Positions 60,069 through 64,000 of a stretch of 64,000 bases of DNA are shown in pieces. A program made the translations under genes and the position numbers. The DNA is from Deltaproteobacteria bacterium (GTDB lineage Bacteria > Myxococcota_A > Polyangia > Polyangiales > Houyiibacteriaceae): assembly GCA_034670305.1 (NCBI GenBank), contig JAXMNT010000012.1, positions 64,001 to 128,000 on the forward strand, in the 5' to 3' direction. The notes under the pieces are model-generated. The model had not been told where the DNA came from. It made no database searches and saw only the letters and a list, made by a program, of their open reading frames with translations. Each line of letters starts with the position of its first letter. Position 1 is the first letter of the stretch.

Positions 60069-60929
60069 TCACTCGGCGTCGTCGTCGTCGTTCTCGTCCG
60101 CGGTGTCGACGTCGCTGGAGCTGTGGTGTTCGCGAGCCCGGTCCCCGAGCCGGCGCAGGGCATCGACGGTCCCTTCCTCGTCCTCGCTCGACTCGTCCTC
60201 TTCGGTATCTACTTCCCTCGAGTCGTGGTGTTCGCGGGCGCGGTCCCCGAGCCGGCGAAGGGCATCTGCCGTCCTGTCCTCGTCCTCGCTCGACTCCTCT
60301 TCTTCCGCCGGGGGGTCGGTGCGCGGGGGCCGCGGCCCGTAGTCGGTGCGGCCAGCCAACCGGATCAGCACGCCCAGACCGGTCTCGAACTGCCGCACGT
60401 TGGTGCCTTCGAGGATGGTGCGCTCGTACCCGACCGGAATGTAGACGCTCACTCGACCAGCGAGCATGAGACCGATGCGCAGTTGCCCGCCTATCACCAC
60501 GGCACGGGTGGCGTCGTCGGACGGTGCACCGGCGACCCAACCGGCACCTCCATCGATGCCGAGCGAGACATACGGCACGACGAGGCGTCGGTAGGCGCTG
60601 CTCGGGACGAGCGCCAGCTGCAACCGCGCCCGAACCCGGAACGTGGTCGCCCGGTCGCCGATGGGTTGGGGCAGGGCTGGCAGCGGTTGGCTCCGCACCA
60701 CCAGGCCCACCGCCAGCACGTCCAGGGCGACGTACTCGAGCGTCCCTTCTCCCGCGAACGAGCTGGCCGATGTGTCTTGTCCGCGGCCGACGAGTCCGGA
60801 GAAGGCCCCGCCGATGTGAAGGCTCTTCGGGAAGTTGAACTTGAAGTTGAAGCCGGCGGATGCCGACGACGGTGCAACGAAGAAGAGCAGCGCCAGAGTC
60901 GAGGCGAGCAGTCCGCGGCGGGCGATCAT
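60069..60929 (-). CDS. Outer-membrane beta-barrel-like protein with a duplicated acidic C-terminal tail
   Basis: Signal peptide ending ASA, about 8 amphipathic strands (VPYVSLGIDGG), then two 34-aa acidic repeats. TACGAA lies 5 nt upstream. Confidence 0.7.
   Translation of the reverse strand: MIARRGLLASTLALLFFVAPSSASAGFNFKFNFPKSLHIGGAFSGLVGRGQDTSASSFAGEGTLEYVALDVLAVGLVVRSQPLPALPQPIGDRATTFRVRARLQLALVPSSAYRRLVVPYVSLGIDGGAGWVAGAPSDDATRAVVIGGQLRIGLMLAGRVSVYIPVGYERTILEGTNVRQFETGLGVLIRLAGRTDYGPRPPRTDPPAEEEESSEDEDRTADALRRLGDRAREHHDSREVDTEEDESSEDEEGTVDALRRLGDRAREHHSSSDVDTADENDDDDAE
60102..60305. repeat. 102-bp tandem duplication (34 aa x2)
   Basis: Units 60102-60203 and 60204-60305 encode EExESSEDExxTxDALRRLGDRAREHHxSxxVDT. 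Confidence 0.9.
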
Positions 60930-61163
60930 CGTGCTTCGTACCCGTGGCCCTGGAGGGCGCAAGCCCGGCCCGCCCAGGAGTCCTCGAACGGGGTACGCAC
61001 ACGATGGACCCGCAGGCGCTTGAACGCGCTCGGATCGATTCGGTGGGACGCTCGCGATGTGAGTGCACTTCGAACGGGCAGACGCCAAACGCTGCGCAGA
61101 GTGAGGGATGAAGCGGGGTGGCACGGCTCTGCGGACGATTGCGAGGCCCCGCGGATTCACTGG

Positions 61164-61970
61164 TTACTGAGGCGACGATGCGAGGCGCGGCGGACGCAGA
61201 GGAGGAGCGCACACAGCAGGGCTTTCGACCGCCTGCGTGGGCGCACACAAGTCGGAGGAGACGCGCACAGCCACCGTCTTCCCAGACTTCACGGCTGGCT
61301 TCAGGGCTGGCTTCACGGCGGGCTCCCCGGCGGGCTTCACGGGTGCACTCACGCGGCGGATGAAGAGCGGCGCGTCTTCGGTGCCGACGAACGCGAGCGG
61401 GGTGCCGCCGCGGTAGCTCGAGGGCATGGACCGCACGGCGCGACGGCGCAGGCGGTGCGGGCATGGCACGGGTGCGCCGCTCAGTTCGATCTCGCTGCCG
61501 AGTTCGATCGGGTCGAGGTCCCACACGAGCACGCAGCGAGAGTCCACGATGGCGAAGCGGCCGTCGTGGAGGCGCACGAGGAACTGGCGGACGCGGGCGA
61601 TGCTTCGTTCGAGCACGGGACGTTCGGTGCCGAGCGACTCGCAGTGGGCGGCCACGGCGGGCTTGTCTTCGTCGAGGACACGGACCACCCGGCCGCGGAA
61701 GCTCGGCGCGCGGGACGCCTGGCGGCTGAGGCGGTGGTCGAGCAGTTCGCGGTCCACGGCCGCACGCAGACCGAAGAAGAGACCCCACGCGACGAACAGC
61801 CCGAACCCCACGCCGAGACGTGCGACCGGTTCCGACGAACCCATCAGCGCGATGCTCGCCAAGAGCAGGGCACACATCGCGACGGCGCTGGCACCGACGT
61901 ACGCACGGCTTCCGCCATCGAGCGGCGTGACGCGGAGCGAGCCCAGGAGATCTTCGTTGGGGATCCACAT
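61164..61970 (-). CDS. Hypothetical membrane protein
   Basis: Two N-terminal TMs, a beta domain and PAVK repeats. Starts 3 nt after the upstream gene. Confidence 0.6.
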   Translation of the reverse strand: MWIPNEDLLGSLRVTPLDGGSRAYVGASAVAMCALLLASIALMGSSEPVARLGVGFGLFVAWGLFFGLRAAVDRELLDHRLSRQASRAPSFRGRVVRVLDEDKPAVAAHCESLGTERPVLERSIARVRQFLVRLHDGRFAIVDSRCVLVWDLDPIELGSEIELSGAPVPCPHRLRRRAVRSMPSSYRGGTPLAFVGTEDAPLFIRRVSAPVKPAGEPAVKPALKPAVKSGKTVAVRVSSDLCAPTQAVESPAVCAPPLRPPRLASSPQ

Positions 61971-61973
61971 GGC

Positions 61974-62957
61974 TCAGCGGATCCCAACCGTGTGCGCGGC
62001 CTGCTGGAACGCTTCGCGCCGCTCTTCCACCGCGTGGTGGATCTCGCGGGCGAGGAAGAAGCCACCCACGGCGACGACGAGCGGCAGCGCCACTCCGGCT
62101 GCCGCGGCTGCGCCCCCGTGCATTGCATGCGCAAGGTGGACCGCACCGTGGGCGATCTCGAGACCTTCGGCGACCTCGAGCGCAGCGTGGACCTGGTCCG
62201 CCGGCACGTGGCTGCGGTGCGAGAGCGTCTCCGCCATGAAGGTGCCCGCGGCCCCGGCGCCCATACCCGCGTCGAACGCGAGCCGGCGGGTGGTTTGGTC
62301 GAAGTCGCCTGGCGACCAGGTCTGTCCCTGGAACTGGGAGAGCAGCGCGCGGTAGCCGTCGGACGCGTCCTGCACGTGCTCGCGGATGCGGCCGACGTCG
62401 CCGGCGTCGCCGCGAACCCCGAACGCGGCCGCGACGCGCCCCTTCGGACTGTCGGCGGGCGCGTCGCGGTACGCGTCGAGGTTCTGCTCGAGGTCGTGAC
62501 CGACCCGGCCGAGCAGCGAGAGGCGCTCGTTCACGTTCGAGCGGACCTCGCCGATCACCATCTGTCGAAGGTGCGCGTCGACGTGATCCTGCAGCTCCTC
62601 CATGACCGCGCCGGCGGAGCCACCGATCGACCGCTCGAGCTGCGCCTCGACCTGGTCGCGCGAACTGCCTGCCAGACCGGCGACGACTTCCGGATGGGTC
62701 TCGAGGAACCCGGAGACCGCATGGATCCCGCCGCGCTCGTAGACGTTGGCGACCGCGGTGCCGAGGCGGGCGGCGGGGGTCCGGGTGGGGCGACCTGCCC
62801 GGCCTGCGCCACCGGCACGGCCGGCGTGCACCTGATCGGTCGCGGCCTCGCGGACGGTCTCAGGCGACTCGGACTCGGGAGACGAGGGCGGTGCGGTGGG
62901 CGCGGAAGCGGGGTCGAAGGTGGGTTGCGTGGACGTGTTTCGAATCGGCGTAGGCAT
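61974..62957 (-). CDS. Hypothetical helical protein with a disordered N-terminus and C-terminal hydrophobic helix
   Basis: GGAGG SD before ATG 62957, Pro/Ser/Thr-rich N-terminus, AGVALPLVVAVGGFFLA segment. Confidence 0.7.
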   Translation of the reverse strand: MPTPIRNTSTQPTFDPASAPTAPPSSPESESPETVREAATDQVHAGRAGGAGRAGRPTRTPAARLGTAVANVYERGGIHAVSGFLETHPEVVAGLAGSSRDQVEAQLERSIGGSAGAVMEELQDHVDAHLRQMVIGEVRSNVNERLSLLGRVGHDLEQNLDAYRDAPADSPKGRVAAAFGVRGDAGDVGRIREHVQDASDGYRALLSQFQGQTWSPGDFDQTTRRLAFDAGMGAGAAGTFMAETLSHRSHVPADQVHAALEVAEGLEIAHGAVHLAHAMHGGAAAAAGVALPLVVAVGGFFLAREIHHAVEERREAFQQAAHTVGIR

Positions 62958-63131
62958 CGAGGATCCTCCAGTGGGTAGGCGCCCTCCTCGACCGGTCCGT
63001 GCGTCGATTGCGTCCGAACTGCCCACGGTGCCCACCGCGAATGACGCGTTCTTGGTGATCGTCTTGCTGGTGCTCTAGCGACCGTTTCCGTTCGGATTCC
63101 TCGAATCCACGGCTCCGCCTTCAGCGGCCCG

Positions 63132-64000
63132 TCAGCGGCACCAGGTGGGGCCGGGGCCTTCGCCTGCGGGCATGCAGGCCGAGCCGTCCTCGCCGATGCA
63201 GACGAGTCCGCTCCCGTCTTCGCCTGGGAAGTAGGTGTCGGTTCCGACGCCGCACGCATCTTCTTCGACGGTTTGGGATTCGGAAAGGAACCCCTCGCAC
63301 ACCGGGGCGGTTCCGCCGCAGCCGATGCGGGGAGCGGTCTCGATCCGATCGTCGCAGTTGCGGTCCCATTGGGCCGGCACCGGAATGACTTCGAGGCACC
63401 CACCGGGACCCACGCAGACCCAGTCGCCGCCGCACCTTCGGGTCTCGACATCGAACGCCACATCTCCTCGAATGAACGAGGCTGGACACGCCGGTTCGGA
63501 AGCGTAGCCGCCCTCCGGGTTCACCTCCGGCAGGTCGTCTCGGCAGTCGCCGGGGAAGCGGGTCCAGCGGCCTGGTGGCGGCGCGCAGGACACCCGCGCG
63601 CGGTCGGTCACGCCCCAGCCATCGAGATCCTCGTCCGGGTAGTACGTGATCAGATCCACGGCCCCGGACTCGGCGTCCGGACCGAACTCGTCCACCGCTC
63701 CGTCGCAGTCCTCGTCGATGCCCGCCGGTGCGCAGCGTTCCGCGCCGCCCGGCCGAGCGAACGCGGAGTCGTCGTCGCAGTCGCCCCCGGCCAGCGCGTA
63801 GCGGTCCGGCCGTTCGCACGCTTCGAGCGTCGGCATCGCGTCGTCGCCGAAGCCGTCCTCGTCTGCATCCACGTAGAACGTGAGCGTGACACCTTCGTCC
63901 GAGAGGCCGTCGCAGTCGTCGTCTCGCCCGTTGCAGACCTCGGTCGCACCTGGGAAGGACCCGCGAGAGAGATCGTCGCAGTCGGTTCCGCACGCGCTGC
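63132..64000 (-). CDS. Cys-Asp putative metal-binding repeat (MopE-related) surface protein, 5' end outside the window
   Basis: The frame is open to the window edge: DCDD..PGATEVCNGRDDDCDG, FYVDADEDGFG, YYPDEDLDGWG repeats. Confidence 0.85.
   Translation of the reverse strand, partial: SACGTDCDDLSRGSFPGATEVCNGRDDDCDGLSDEGVTLTFYVDADEDGFGDDAMPTLEACERPDRYALAGGDCDDDSAFARPGGAERCAPAGIDEDCDGAVDEFGPDAESGAVDLITYYPDEDLDGWGVTDRARVSCAPPPGRWTRFPGDCRDDLPEVNPEGGYASEPACPASFIRGDVAFDVETRRCGGDWVCVGPGGCLEVIPVPAQWDRNCDDRIETAPRIGCGGTAPVCEGFLSESQTVEEDACGVGTDTYFPGEDGSGLVCIGEDGSACMPAGEGPGPTWCR

Noticed and set aside
60102-60305. DGR template/variable repeat pair
   Set aside because: The copies are adjacent and in-frame, differences are not confined to adenines, and no reverse transcriptase is present.
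59127-62978. 1283-aa plus-strand ORF
   Set aside because: Antisense to four better-supported minus-strand genes; a typical high-GC shadow frame.

Overview
GC-rich bacterial DNA, probably from Myxococcota (Polyangia/Sandaracinaceae-like). This is inferred from Cys-rich CGDG repeats, a MYXO-CTERM-like tail and many lipoproteins with acidic DAG-rich linkers. About 47 genes are supported; most other long ORFs in the track are high-GC shadow frames. Main blocks: secreted and lipoprotein genes; a MacAB-TolC-type operon divergent from a CpxRA-like two-component system plus an RND pump, with a canonical CpxR box between them; a yehLMPQ-like MoxR/VWA/SWIM operon with a DUF4132 gene; cell-wall and glycan enzymes; a Ser/Thr kinase; and small IS/MITE relics. 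No rRNA, tRNA or CRISPR array was seen. Best novel candidates: (1) an intact stand-alone 286-aa gene encoding only the RNA polymerase beta-prime clamp, with the Zn ribbon and one hairpin cleanly deleted and the sigma/NusG-binding helices kept, possibly a sigma or NusG decoy; (2) a two-gene pair resembling a split vitellogenin/MTP-type large lipid transfer protein; (3) widespread -10 boxes 5-8 nt before start codons, suggesting leaderless transcription. All family assignments come from reading motifs by eye; no searches were run.
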